Source: Tubulanus polymorphus (lineage: Eukaryota; Animalia; Nemertea). From it: a stretch of DNA of 64,000 nt. Under the pieces are notes generated by a model, which worked only from the letters and a program-made list of their open reading frames with translations, was not told the DNA's origin and ran no database searches. The position numbers and the translations under genes are program-made. Positions 12,401-27,400 of the stretch are shown one piece after another (the stretch's first letter is position 1; the number at the start of each line of letters is the position of its first letter). The stretch is from positions 13,380,275-13,444,274 of the forward strand of contig NC_134032.1 in NCBI RefSeq assembly GCF_964204645.1, written 5' to 3'.

Positions 12401-15400
12401 ATTTTTGGTGCGATCACCATTGGTTACTTCATGTTTTCAATGAGGACAGCAATTCAAACTGAACTGATTTAAGCTTAAACTTTTTCATGAAACTGGACCC
12501 AGGGGTTACTAAATCAAGTGAAAAAAATTGGGGTTCATGTTCATACAGATCACACCAGGGGTGACGCTAGTACAGGATAAACGAAGAATTTATCTCGCCT
12601 TCATTGGAAACTACCTCCTATCCGCTCTTGAAGTAAATTCAATACATACCTCTGTCATAATCCACTTCTTTCGCTTTTGTTTGTTTCTTCTCATTTTTCG
12701 CGTGGAACACATCATCTTTCTTGTTTGTCGTCGTCGTCGTTGCTGCTTTCTTTTTCGAAGTTCGATTTGTTTTCCTTTGAGAGGAATGGAAAAAATGTCA
12801 TCAATTTTCTATATCATTTCAGAGATATTATACATCTCGTTTAGAGATCATAGGGGCTCGATTTACAATACAGAAATCTTGCCAGTTTCATAACTTTCTA
12901 AGCTCGCTCATGAGAACCTTCCCATCCTTTTTGACTTAGTGAAATTACGATTACCGAAGTTTATCAATTTTCAATATTAACTTCCAACGATTCAGTAAAG
13001 ATGTGATTAGTTCATCACCCTCATTCTCCTTAAACGCAGAGATAAAAATGGCCGATATTGAAAAAGTCGGAAAATATTCCGAATTAGAGTCGCTTTTCGA
13101 ATGAGACGCCATATTGGTTTCTCCGACTCCACAATTTGCTAATTACTGCCAAAAACTGTCTTAAGCAGCACTCCTAACTACGGAGCGCTCCGATGTGACG
13201 TGCGCGATTGAGGCGATTTACACTGATCTCAGGAATGAATAAAATAAAAGAGAAAGTCGGAAATCCATCTATGGTCAGAAGATTTTCATCCCTTTTAAAC
13301 GTTATAGATAATATAGGCCTAGATGATTATTGAATAAATATAGATTAGAAATTAAATCAATCTTTCCAAAATATTGAAGTTATTGAGAATGATGAAAAGG
13401 TCAAATCATAGTTTTACTGATTGTTTTTTACGCCACACGCAGAACGTACTTTTTTGGAGGTTCTCCGCTTTTCGTACTCGATTCTCCGGAGCTCGTCGAT
13501 CCACCCGTTCGATTTTTGCGCATTCGTTTTTGTTGTAACATGGCAACGCGATCATACTTCAGGGCGTCGTATCGCCTAGACAAATGAATAAACCCACGAA
13601 TCAAATAAGGATAGCTATACTAAGTGTTTTACAACGTTGAGAGGGCGTTGGGTGGCCTAGCTCAGTTATAGTAGAACATATCTGATAATTCAAAATCCAT
13701 AGAAGCAAAAACAGTAAAAATCTCATTTTCTAATGAGTAATAGATATTTATTAAAGCGAACATTTTCGGGAGTTACATAATCCCCTCTTCAGGCATAGCG
13801 CAAGTGATTAAATTTACATATCATACTGATATTTATATAGAATAAGACGATGCTAATTACAATAATGGGGATAATGTTACTTCCAAAAACATTAGCTATA
13901 ATAAATATAGATTATAATAAATATAGATTACTCATCAGAAAATGAGATTTGTACTGTTTTTGCTTCTATGGATTTTGAATTATCTAGACTCTCTACCTAA
14001 GATCTACATATGTGATAGGTCTTAAAAGGGCTTAATATTGGGGCAGTTGAACTAAAACATTGATTTTCATTTTTATTTTTACATTGTATGGAAGGATTGC
14101 CAAAAAGTATTCTTAGTATGCAGGAGAACAGAGAAAGGTGACTCCATGATTTGAATGTTCAACGATATGTTTCAGCCTCCATGACATAGTTTTTTCTATG
14201 CTTGGCATGGAGATATATGCTTAACCTTGATTCATTCAAGAAAATTTTGTGTCTCTTTTTTTACCGTGATTCAATTTGTTTAGAGAAGACTTTTCGGTAA
14301 TGAATCAATACAGTGTAAATTTGGATTGATAATCGATGTTTTAGTTCAACTGACATCATTTCCTATCAAGCCCTATATCATTTATTCAGTGGCATTGGAA
14401 GTGCAGCGACTGCAGCGGCGAAAGCCGCGGCAATAATTTACTGAATGACGTTTTTTTTTTCGTCGAATACCACGTTTTTGAAGAAATTAAGTAAATTCGC
14501 CGCGGCAATATTTAGAACTTGTCCAAATCGGTATTTGGCAGCAATCAAAAATTGCTTCCAAAACGCCTGTGATTACTAAAACTGACGGTTTCGCAAGTAA
14601 CTTTGAAATAGACATAAGGAAGAGGATCGGATCGCCTGACGTACTTCCTATCAATCCGCGGCGATGTGTTGATCGGTTTCATCGGTTGTCCGTACGGCAA
14701 CGGTCGAAATTGTTCCTTGCCGACGGCGACGTAACATTCGCCATTTTTTAAAACTGAGCAGTTCGTCACCAGTTCGCCATCTACTGTGTAAAGCCTGCGA
14801 AAAAAGTCGTAAAATATAAATCAATATATCTAAATAAATTCAACTGATCGGTTGATTGCCGATTTCAAAATCGAACCCCCATTTTGTTCTAGGCACTAGC
14901 TGACATCAAATCAATAGGACAATACCTATTTTAAGATCGAAAAACAATCAGTGAGCTTTTGCAGCCGGTGTTTATCTATAATTTAGAGTCAATGATGGAG
15001 TTTAAATGTTATTTTTACACGCGAAAATGTCATTTCAAGACAATCATTCAACATGATTAAATATTCCATTCAATTCACCACCATGTTGTATACAGTAGAC
15101 TCCATCCTGTACATTTATCTTAAATCCTTTCAAGCCAAATTAAGGCAGGTTTCAATTGGTCTATGCGGATTCGGGATCATATAATCTGTATTTGAATCTG
15201 GATTCGGATAGAACAAGCAGCCGGTGGAGAGTTTGTAATTGGAACTAACTATTCCTCAACCAATCATTACTAGCCTAAAAGTTACCATGTACATAACATT
15301 TTACAGTTTTTGGGCCGGGTAGTAATTATAATTTGATAAGTGTTGATATACGTACCCGTGGATAGCGCCAGTTCGTAAACTGACGCGTTCAGAAACGGCT

Positions 15401-18400
15401 GAGAATATCGACTCCCACGAGTGTCGTTCTCGTTCTTGTAGCAAAATACGGGACGCGTGACGCAGCGTGTCGCCATTAGTATATACACTGAAAATACATA
15501 GAGTATACACTAGAAATACATAGAGTATACACTAGAAATACATAGAGTATACACTAGAAATACATGGAGTATACACTGAAAATACATAGAGTATACACTA
15601 GAAATACATAGAGTATACACTAGAAATACATAGAGAATACGCTAGAAATACATAGAGTATACGCTAGAAATACATGGAGTATACACTAGAAATACAGAGA
15701 ATACACTAGAAATACATAGGGTATACACTAAAAATACATAGGGTATACACTAGAAATACATGGAGTATACACTAGAAATATATAGAGTATACACTAGAAA
15801 TACATAGGGTATACACTAGAAATACATGGAGTATACACTAGAAATACACAGAGTATACACTAGAAATACATAGAGTATACACTAGAAATATATAGAGTAT
15901 ACACTAGAAATACATAGGGTATACACTAGAAATACATGGAGTATACACTAGAAATACACAGAGTATACACTAGAAATACATAGAGTATACACTAGAAATA
16001 TATAGAGTATACACTAGAAATACATAGGGTATACACTAGAAATACATAGAGTATACACTAGAAATACATAGAGTATACACTAGAAATATATAGAGAATAC
16101 ACTAGAAATACATGGAGTATACACTAGAAATACATAGAGTATACACTAGAAATACATAGAGTATACACTAGAAATACACAGAGTATACACTAGAAATACA
16201 TAGAGTATACACTAGAAATATATAGAGAATACACTAGAAATACATGGAGTATACACTAGAAATACATAGAGTATACACTAGAAATACATAGAGTATCAGA
16301 GGCGATTCAGTGGGGTTCCGAGGGTTCTGGAATACGGTCGAGCTTTGTCTGTACCCCTTGGAGATGCTCCTAAATACAAAGATGTGATGTAAAAGTGTCC
16401 TCATTTTGGCATGATTTGGCATAGTAAGTGCCCCTGAAAACTAATGTTAAGTGACCTTTTTTGCCGTGGTTTGACATAGTGCCCTCACCCATAATAGTGA
16501 GTGCCCTTATACAATTCGGTACCCCTTGAGATAGGGCCCTGGATCCGCCCCTGCAGTATACACTAAAAATTGCAATTTTCCAAAATTTCAAAATTATTTC
16601 ATCAGTAATTTAGAATAAAAAATAATGGCCAGCACTGTAAGGGTAGAGAGTAGAACATGTTTGTGATACAGCAATAACTCCCCGTGTGACATTGAATAAA
16701 CTGAACTGTAAACTGTAAACTTACAATATAGTACAAGATTCATTTTTCAATTTGCGTATTCTACCAGATGCTTGAATTCGACTATGCTTCACAGGTGTTA
16801 TCTGAAAAATATAGGAAAAAATCCTAATGTAGTTTAGACAATAAGTATCCATGGTAATAATAAAAACTAATGGAAGGATTAGCCAGTGGCGATAGAAATT
16901 TATTGCCTACTATTTTTGTTGTTTGTATTAGTTGGCGGTTTCTACTTTTAGCACTGTACAGTGCATTAGTATCTATTATCATGGCATTTGTTGTTTCACA
17001 GTTGTGTGGGTTTGATATGACTTGGTGCCCAGTTCCACACAGTTGTGTTGATTTTATATGTCTATGGATCCAGTTCCACAGTTGTGTGAGTTGAATTTGG
17101 ATGACTCTGGATCAAGCTATACAGTTGTGTTGAATTAATTTGACTCTGGACCCAGTTCCACAGTTGTGTAGAATTAATTTGACTCTGGACCCAGTTCCAC
17201 AGTTGTGCGCACGTTTGAGTCTGGACCCAGGTCCACGTTGGCAGGTTACAATTGTATACTTATTCCAGTTTAGAAATAGCAATTCAGGGTTATAAATTCT
17301 CTATCGGCCGCTTCTATCAGGTTTACAGAATAAGCTGATCTGATCAGACGCGGTTCGAATTGTGTGACTTTAAACTCAAGACCATGTTCATGTGGGCCCG
17401 ATCTAAGAAGTGAGAGCCACTTGCCCGGGGGCAAGCATATCTGAAATTTTGCTTGCCCCTCCAAAAGCTACTTGCCCTACACAGGCAGTCCGATTGGTGG
17501 CACTATCATCCGTTGTATCGAGTGGGATAAAAATCTTTGTGACATAAAATTACACTAGCCCGGGGGACAAGTGATAATGATAACCTACTTGCCCTGATGA
17601 CAATATACTTGTCCCTAGCAATCGGACAAGTGCTTAGATCGGACCCTGAACCATGGACTCAGTAGAGACGCATGATTTAACTATAATCACAGCTATTCAT
17701 CTTACCAGGGGTTCAACGTATTTGTAGTGCACCATTGTCAATTAAACGACTTCACAACGAAATAAAAACAAGTCGCTAATCATTATTCCATTTAGAAAAG
17801 ATTTCCGTTGTTCCGTGTCGCCACACGTTACGTGTCAACTATTGTTTTTCTCTCTCGAGTTGTAACTAGTGACGTCTAATCCGTAATATTTAACGTTTCA
17901 TTGCATGGAAAAAACATCAATCATAATTCGAACCTATACGAAATTCCCCGACGACGAAGAACCTTCTGCTCGAGAGCGATCAACTTTTATGAGAAGAGTC
18001 GAAGAGGATCTTAATCGTCGATTGTTATCGCAAATATCTAGAATCCTACAATAACGGATGACGAAAGAATAATAATCAAGTCCAAAAATGTTTCCACGAG
18101 CTAGTAGTTTATTACACGTTTCGACCGTATTCTAATAGTCATTATGCCGGTATTAGAATATTATAGTCGAAATGTTGGATGAACTACTAGCTCAAGGATA
18201 CATTTTTGGACTTTATATTATTTTTTCGTTATTACTTTGGGATTCTCTATAGATTTTACCAGATTTGCGTTAACCTGGTATGAAATCAAATTTTTCGCCA
18301 GTATAATAAATCCTTAAACGAAGTATATATTCCCAGTTCGGGGCGGATTTACGAATCTTGATATCTGTAAATTTTCTGTCTAAGATCGAGAGCTCGCAGC

Positions 18401-21400
18401 GTCGAGGGAGATGCCTTGCGCAACGATTAAATACCGGGGGGGCAGGGTACGCGTTTGAAACTAATCCGTCGCCTACAGCAACCGCGGGCGGCCATTATTG
18501 TTAACATCATATTTCAATTGTCGTCGAGAACAACAGAGGAATTATGATTCTAGGGTATCTAGGATATGTATCTGTACATGCATCAGGAGATTCAATTCAT
18601 TGATAAAAGCGAAGAGAAATGTCGTATTCAGTTTCATATTAGACGTAGACAATGAACGCAATAACTAATCAATTTAGAGTTAATTACTGGTCTCTGTGTC
18701 GTCCTACATCATCCCCCCGGCGGGCGATTCATCCGCTTACAATTTCAGGACACGGATCGGATCTCATTGGAATAGCATTTTAACAATTCATTAATAAGCG
18801 CAAGGGAACGTGAGACAGGTGTGGCTTCCGATATCATATCATCATATATCATATCACGTAATGTAGTTCATAATGCGATATATATTGAGTTCCCCAAAAT
18901 AAGTAACTTTATTAGTATTTTCCCAAACAACGTATTAATAAACACAGGAGTCCGGTGTGAGACAGGCGTGGCTTCTAATATCATATGATATCATCACGGA
19001 TGTCGTTCATACTGCAATACATATTGAGTCCCCCAAAATAAGTAACTATATTACTATTTTCCCAAACAACGTATTTATAAACACAAGGGTCTGGTATGAG
19101 ACAGGCGTGGCTTCTAATATCATATGATATCATCACGGATGTCGTTCATACTGCAATATATATTGAGTTCCCCAAAATAAGTTAAACTTCATTAGTATTT
19201 TCTCAGACAACTTATACTTATTAATAAACACAAGGGTCTGGTGTGAGACAGGCGTAGCTTCTAATATCATGATATCATCACGGATGTCGTTCATACTGCA
19301 ATATATATTGAGTTCCCCAAAATAAGTTAAACTTCATTAGTATTTTCTCAGACAACTTATTAATAAACACAGGAGTCCGGTGGCTTCCGATATCATACTA
19401 CGCAACATGTAGTTCATACCGCTATATATATTGAGTTTTCCGAAATCAGTAACTTTGTTATCAGTATTCAATCAGTGATAAATAGAATTCATTGAAAATT
19501 ATGGCAGAAAATTGACCATCAATAAGCGCGCAAAATATCTATGGGCTTCGTCACAAATTATGCAAATTTGCAAAATAAATATAAATACTTGCTCCAAGTA
19601 CTTATATTTTCAGCAAGTATTTTCAAGTTCAAAACCGGGTCGTCACTCAAAAATACATTTCAGTTGGCCCATCTACTGCCCCTATCAATGTTTCAGAAAT
19701 ATATGAAAATAAGTGGAATCAAACTAAAATTCCTAGAACTAGTGTTGTTTACTCGACCATGGGGAATACTATCTGTCTAGTTTCCTAGTAAGAAGCATTC
19801 TGGTGATAACACTCTCTTCAGGAATACTATAACTCTGTCCCAATAGTATTAAATATTCATACTTATAAAAATAATGCGCATGGAGATTTAGCAATTGAAT
19901 TGATTGATAGTGAATAATTAATCGTCATGAATGATAAAGTGCATTTTACTGTCCATATATAGACAATGGCTGTGCAGGATATAATCAGATATACCATAAC
20001 ACCATAATAAATATAGTGTTTGTAGTAACCAGCACACAGTGAAATCACAACCGGCCTTCATCCCATGGTAACTGACCATTCAAAGCAATCGGCCACCTCA
20101 CAACAACTGACAAGTCCCATAACAACTGACCACATCATACCACTGGTCATTGCTTGATCACTGACCATACCATTCTTACCATCCCATATAGGTGATCAAT
20201 CCCTTCAACTACCCAGTCCCGTAACAACCACTGACCATCCCATAACAAGTGGTCACTCCGTAACTGACCAGTCAATAACTGACATCATACCACTGGTCAT
20301 CGCTTAATTATTGACCATTCCATTCTTACCATCCCATATCACTCATAAATCTCTTCAACTGACCAGTCCCTTAACAACTATTGACCATCCCATGACAAGT
20401 GGTCACCCCATAACTGACCAGTCCTATAATAACTGACCACATCATACCACTGGTCATCACTTATTTACTAACCATTCCATTCCTACCATCCAATAAAACT
20501 GATAAATCCCTGCAACTGAACAGTCCCATAATAACCATTGACCATCCCATAACAAGTGGTCACCCCATAACTGACCAGTCATATAATAACTGACCGCATC
20601 ATACCACTGGTCATCGCTCAATCATTGACCTGTCCATTCTTACCATCCCATATCAGTGATCAATAATCCCTGACCCTCCCATACCAGTGATCAATAACCA
20701 CTGACCATCCCATCACAAGTGCCCGTCCCTTTTCTTCCTACTTTCATGCCGCTGACTGATTCAGTAACCGCTGTGTGGCTTTTTGAATTCAAGTTTGTTT
20801 CCTTTCCTAATGGTTGGAATCCTGGGCACAGCCGAACGGTTTCAAGTCACACTCTTTATCTTAAATCACTGAAGTCGTTAGATTGGCAATAAAATCAAGA
20901 AGGGCTTAGACTGATCTTGGAAACAAAGCCTCGACTTTGCAACTGAATTATAGAAATTCTAAAAAAAATCCTGAACTGGTATGAAATACACGTTTGAAAA
21001 TCATTCTGGACAATTTCACTATGTACGAAATGCCTAATGTTTATTCTTGCCTGAAAGAAGATATTCCACGTTTCGAAACTATTCACCGTCACAGTGTAAC
21101 ACAATACACTCAGTACGCACACACTCAGTACACACACACACACATATCTTTAATCCTATTACCAGAACCAAAAATAGTTTTTATGAATTTCTGATATAAC
21201 ACGGTGACTTGTTTATAGAAATGACAGTGAGTTTATGTATGTATTATAGGTATTATACATAGTTGTGAGGAATTGGACAACTTAATAACCCAGAACACGC
21301 AGTAGCGTAAAACGTGTAAATTATTGTTGTCATATAAACCTCTATTATTATCAACTAAATTATAAATTGTAAGAGCCTTTTCGATTGTCCTCATGAAGAT

Positions 21401-24400
21401 GTGTTCCCGTTAGGGAAGAATTTCAACACTGCTATCAAAATCAAGGATTTGAACCTGATAACATTAGGAGACTCTGTCACAGTACAAACCCCTGCCCAAG
21501 TAGAGATACATCCTCTCTTAGCAGGGATTTGAATCTGATGACATCATGAGCCTCTGTCACAGTACAAACCCCTACCCTAGTAGATACATCCTCCCTCAGC
21601 AGGGATTTGAATCTGATGGCATCATGAGACTCTGTCACAGTACAAACCCCTACCCTAGTAGATACATCCTCCATCAGCAGGGGTTTGAACCTGATGGCAT
21701 CATGAGACTCTGTCACAGTACAAACCCCTACCCTAGTTGACACATCCTCCCTAACAGGGATTTGAATCTGATGGCATCATGAGACTGTCACAGTACAAAC
21801 CCCTGCCCTAGTAGACACATCCACCCTCACAGGGATTTGAATCTGATGGCATCATGAGACTGCCCTATGAGACCCATCCTCCCTCATCAAGTAGGCCTAT
21901 TTGAACCCGACCGCATCATGAGACTCTTAGCAATCGAAAGAGTAGATAAATCCTCGACAAGGGTCCAACACAATGATACCAAGTTCCAACGTTCTGAGAT
22001 TTAATTCAGAGTTCACTCTTTGAAAATGTGCTAATTTTAACACAGAATTAACAATAATTCACAACTATGCAACTGGATCGCGGATATCTAAACATTTCTA
22101 TAAATAGTTCGTATGGTGCTGAAAGCTTATCACAATCACTCAGAGTAAAATATTGCAACTCGTCCACTATAAACATGTGATACACAAGTGAAATACATTG
22201 AAATATCATGTGAAACTCCTAAAACTCTCAACAGTCAAAACCAACCAAAAGCGGTGGAACTCACGGTGCTGCAGTGCAACTCAAATCATCATATTTGACT
22301 CCAATATAATATTTCAGACCAAGGGGAAACAAATAGGGGGAAAAGCAAGTCATAGAAATTAAGAATAAATTCTCTTTGATAACTTCTTGCACAACTGTAT
22401 CGAAGTGGTTGAACAAGCAATCTGTGAATTGAGTGACAGTCTATAATTCAATCGAAGAAAAGACCCACAATTATATGCAGTAACACTAAGAGAGTGTTGA
22501 CGTTTCAACTGAATTCTTTTGATTTAAAAGGCTCAGGCAGTCGCGTCGAAATGTCGCTACTATCTTTCTTTTGAGTCTCATTCAGAGTTCCTTTTTTTAA
22601 ATAAATAGCTTGAAATAAGGGAATTCCTGTTTTATCAGTCGCATATCGCAAGAACTCACGGACAGTGAAATGTTAAACAGAGCGATTGATTTCTTATTCC
22701 GAGAAATATTTGAATCCTCGCGAAGTGCTTACAATTCTGTTGTACAGGCCTATAGGGGCATTTAAAACATTTCGGTATCGTCATTTATTGTGATTTCTGT
22801 TTCAGTAAAAACGCATGCAAAACACGCACCTCCTTAGTGATTGAATGTTGGCCGTCCGTTAAAACGGAGGCATCGAAATCTGTCTGAAAATCAAAATATT
22901 TTCCAACGGAAAATGAATATTTCGCACAGAAACAGAGACAGGGGTAAATGAAAGTCAATTGATAACATTATTGTATCATTAAGAAATTTTTGTTAATAAG
23001 TAACGAGACGAGTAGTATTGTATTCAGGTTGACGGTTTATTTGACGCACGAGCTTTCGTTTCTAATATATAGAAGCTTCATCGGGTGAATGAGTGATGAA
23101 GCCTCTATTCATTAGAAGCGAAAGCTCGTGCGTCCTCGTCTCGTTACTTATTTTGAACCTGGTTAACACGGCTACTCTACGAAATTTTTGTTAGATATTC
23201 GATCTTCACATCGATAATAGAATGACCATCACATGTTGATGTTTTCATGTTTCCGTGTCAACTCGAGTCTCCAATCAAGTGAAACAAAAATTTATCAAAA
23301 CAGAAGTCGAAAAATTCCTGGAAACAAGACAAGGTTTAGAACTTAGTGCTACAAACATACATGCGGACAAAGATATTGCACAGCAACACAAACAGGTATG
23401 TGATAGGTAATGGTAGAAATGAGTGCTACAGCTGAAAATAGAGTGTTTAAGACCTTTTGGATTTGCAGAAGGTGCTTTAAGACATAGGTTTGCAGAAGGT
23501 GCTTTAAGACAGATGTTTGCGGAAGGTGCTTTAAGACAGAGGTTTGCAGTTACTTAATGTGGTTCTGCAAACGGAGTGCTACAGAGACAGTGGATGGCAG
23601 ACACAAGTGTAACAAAGTACTGCAGAGTAGTGCTAAAGACAGGAGTCTGCAGAGTGCTTCGGACATGGCTCTCCAAACCAGAGACTCTAAAACAACACCG
23701 GGTAATTCTTTTCTTTTTTATGTTTTAGAGTCCATTTCCGATCTGACTACTAATGGTCGGGGTTAGCAGACGAGAGTGCTTCTCCAAACCTCAGTTCTAA
23801 AGACGATGGTTTTACAGGTGATGTTGTGGACAGTGTGCTACAAACAAGAGTGCAAGATTATTACCTCATCGGGGACATCATTTATCTGAAAGCAGGAAGA
23901 ATTGTAAATACGTATTTAAATACTAAAGCGATATATAGCCTATAGAATGGATTAAATCACGAGGAATAGTATTCTACACATTAGAGATCAGAAAGAATGT
24001 AATAACGAGCTTATCTAAAAGCATTATCATGAAATGGCGATTTTTAAACAATCTTGCTTTCACATGCCCTTGAAGATTTGATGTATATTTTCTTTTTCCA
24101 AGATAGATAATATGGACACTGTGCAAGATTTACATCAGATTCCACTACCAACTATAACCACAGCGACAAATAGAATTCCAAGGATCCAGTTCCACAGTTC
24201 TGAGTTAGAGTGAACTCTGAGTTAAAATAAGTTCATTTTCAATGAGTCAAATCTTAACTCACAACTGCGGTTGTGGGTCCAGGGTTAAATGACATAATAG
24301 GTCTATAGTTCACTGACCCTTCAAGCAACCATCATAATCACTATACTTTCTAATTGTTTACAATGATTAGATCATAACAAGTGATACTCGAGGCTAACAG

Positions 24401-27400
24401 TTTTTAAATGATAAGATCCTAATTAGAGGATTATTTGGCCAAATTTGGCGCGAGCCTGATCGGTGTCAATTTGGCCCAGGCAAATCGTCTCTGTGTTGGC
24501 CAATAATAGCTCTTTATCTTGATAATTTTCTCCTCTTCCATATTTAACAACAGGAATTGACCAAACACTTCGTATTGGATCAGCCGGGGGCGGGGGGGGG
24601 GGGTAAAGGCTGTCCATAAACACCTAAAATTCTACAAGGCCTAACCCGGTGGTTGTTCCCCCCATACATGTGTCGAACACGAAATAAAACAAACCGATTT
24701 AATTCCTGTCGAAAATGCACTTAAATTTCCTTTTTGTTTGGAATGAATAGCCGCGTGACAAGCGTGACACGGGAGCCGCGTGACAAGCGTGACACGGGAG
24801 TTCGTTATATTCTCTGTATTTGAATCAGAACCAGTCAACGCTGTGTCAGTGTCACGAACATAGCGTTGAATATCTCTGAATAAAAAACTGTTGTAATTGT
24901 CGTGAATATGAGATCAAGTTTCCGTGTTTTGGTAACAAGTGTTTGACCGAATTTTGAACAGGTGCAACGTCGCGGTTTCACACTTACACAGATTTTCACT
25001 CCAATTAGGATACATCAAAAAGTGAAATGAATTAGAATTGGGTAAAGTCAAATTTAAACCCACACAACTGTGGAACTGGGTCCAGGGTCAAAACAAAACC
25101 ACACAATTATGGATCTGGGCCCATAGTCGAAATTAAACCCACACAACTGTGGAACTGGGTTTAGAGTCAAATTAAACTCACACAACTGTGGAACTGGATC
25201 CAGAGTCATCAAATCAAACCCACACAACTGTGGAACTGGATCCAGAGAAACTAAACAACTGTGGAACTGGGTTTAGAGTCAACTGAAACCCACACTATTG
25301 TGGAACTGGATACACAACTGTGGAACTGGACCCAGAGTTAAATTCAACACAGCTGTAGAAATGGGTCCAAGTCAAATCAAACCCACACAACCGAACTGTG
25401 GAACCCAAGCACCCGTGGAACTGGGTCCAGAGTCAAATTCAGACTGATTTTTGTATCGACTGATCAAAGTTAATCTATCTTTATCAAATGTTAATCCGAC
25501 CTTGAACAAGTTCAGAGTTTGTTAAACACTTACACAAATTTCATTCATAGGTCATATAAATTTGCGTTTGATAAAGCATATTTAGCAGATACTAGGTTTT
25601 CAATGTCACTGGTTCAATATGTGCTATAAGCATTGAATTAGTAAAGCAAACAGTTTAGTGTCTAAGTGCGACAACCAGTTCAACGCTTGTTAAAACAATT
25701 TGTGAAATTTGACTTCGCTTGTTTCAATAGAAACTGGCGACAGTTTTCAGTTTTCAGTATGAAATCGCAGTGAATGGTAGAGTGGGAGAGGGGTAATAAA
25801 CATTGGAAGCAATTTCTGCATGCCGCGTCCAATTGCCGATTTTGATAGGTTCTAGTATCATGTTGCCGCCGCAAATTTACTTCAATTTCGTCAAAAAAAT
25901 TGTATTAAAAAAATTTCATTCAGTAAATTATTGGTAAATTATTCAGTAAAGCATCTCGTTTGAATTCGCTTGAATAATTCAATTAAAATCTAGAATAAAC
26001 TTTTCTGTTCAGACTATGAATCGGTGAAATCTATACGAAAAACTGGAGTAAAAACCCAATATTGGATGAATCAATAACATGGATTCACTATAGTTGAAAA
26101 TGCAATTTTGACTAGCTCAGTGATAGCAGTTCCTGAACCCATTCACCCATACCTAAGTTCAATCAGTGATCAATGATATCGTGCAGTTCTGATCATTAGA
26201 CGACATTTCTCTATCATTTTCATCGGTTATTGATTGAAACACCTCATTAATGAGTTTACGAATACAACTTGTCGATAGGAAAGAATAATAGTTTACACAA
26301 TATGGAATTAAGAGTCTGCATGACTCTCCTTAACAATACACCCACTGATTAACCCCTCCCCTCGTCTAGGGTTTCCCTTTATTCTCCGAGTATACGGTTC
26401 TTATAGATCTAGATATACCCGAAATTTCCTAAGTATTTCCCTGATCTTTGACCAAAATAATTCCCAGATTAAACTATGGGGCTGTTTCTTAGCGAGAGGT
26501 TCCCTCCTCGTGCCACTTGTCAAATAGAAAACCCGATTAATATGCAGGCGACTCATCAGTACATAACCGCAGCATACAATAATGCTGAACCCCAAATCGC
26601 TTGAGTCTTTAATGTATTTTTTATTGTGGGAGTTTTTTGAAGAGCGATTATATATAACAAAAAGACACTTAAACTGGAGCTGGATTAAATCGGATCCGAT
26701 TAGAAATGGATAATCTTTAAGAAGTAGGCCAATACCGGCGCTTTTTATTCAGTCTCATTTACTAAGACTAAACAGTAAGATAGTTGTTAATGGTAAACAG
26801 AGTTTCCATGGAGGATATTATTGTCTTATTTTGCCTTATTTAGTGCAGGCATATGTCCCTAAACTCGCCACATCTGCTGGGAACAAAACAGAGGCGTCAT
26901 ATTCAACTCCAAATCTATATTGCCTACATATCATGTACATTCTCAGCCAATGTCGAAGCAGTCAACCTAAAGCTGAATGCTTGAATTTTGAAAGCCTATT
27001 GTCAGAGATGGTGGAATAACATTGATCTGACGATATGCATTTCTTGTCTAAACACAAAACTGATTTCAATCTTGAACTCGATCTGAAGAATATTCTCATT
27101 GATAACTGTGACCAAGTGATGACTTTCACTTCTGACACTAAAAATACACTTTATAACTGAAAACATGGCTTCTTCACACTACGATCCATTGTGAACTGAC
27201 AATTGAACCAATGATAAAGTACTGTGTAACTTTCTTGTTCAAACGCTATAACCTGACTTTAACCGTAAAGATAAGAACAATGCATCGAAAATTGGCTTAC
27301 CTCTTGTAGTTTGTGTGTTTTCGGAAGTTTTGGAAAGACTGGACTGTGAATATTCAAATATCTACAAAAAATAATATCACAGCAATTCAATAAATTTCTG

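Noticed and set aside
17940-18475. Exon-like GC-richer segments inside the DCDC2-like intron
   Set aside because: No phase-compatible open frame with a good donor was found.
21477-21743. Repetitive ORFs on both strands
   Set aside because: A by-product of the 78-bp unit, with no splice or start support.
800-25440. CRISPR-like appearance of the short-unit arrays
   Set aside because: Units are contiguous with no unique spacers, there are no cas genes, and the context is eukaryotic.
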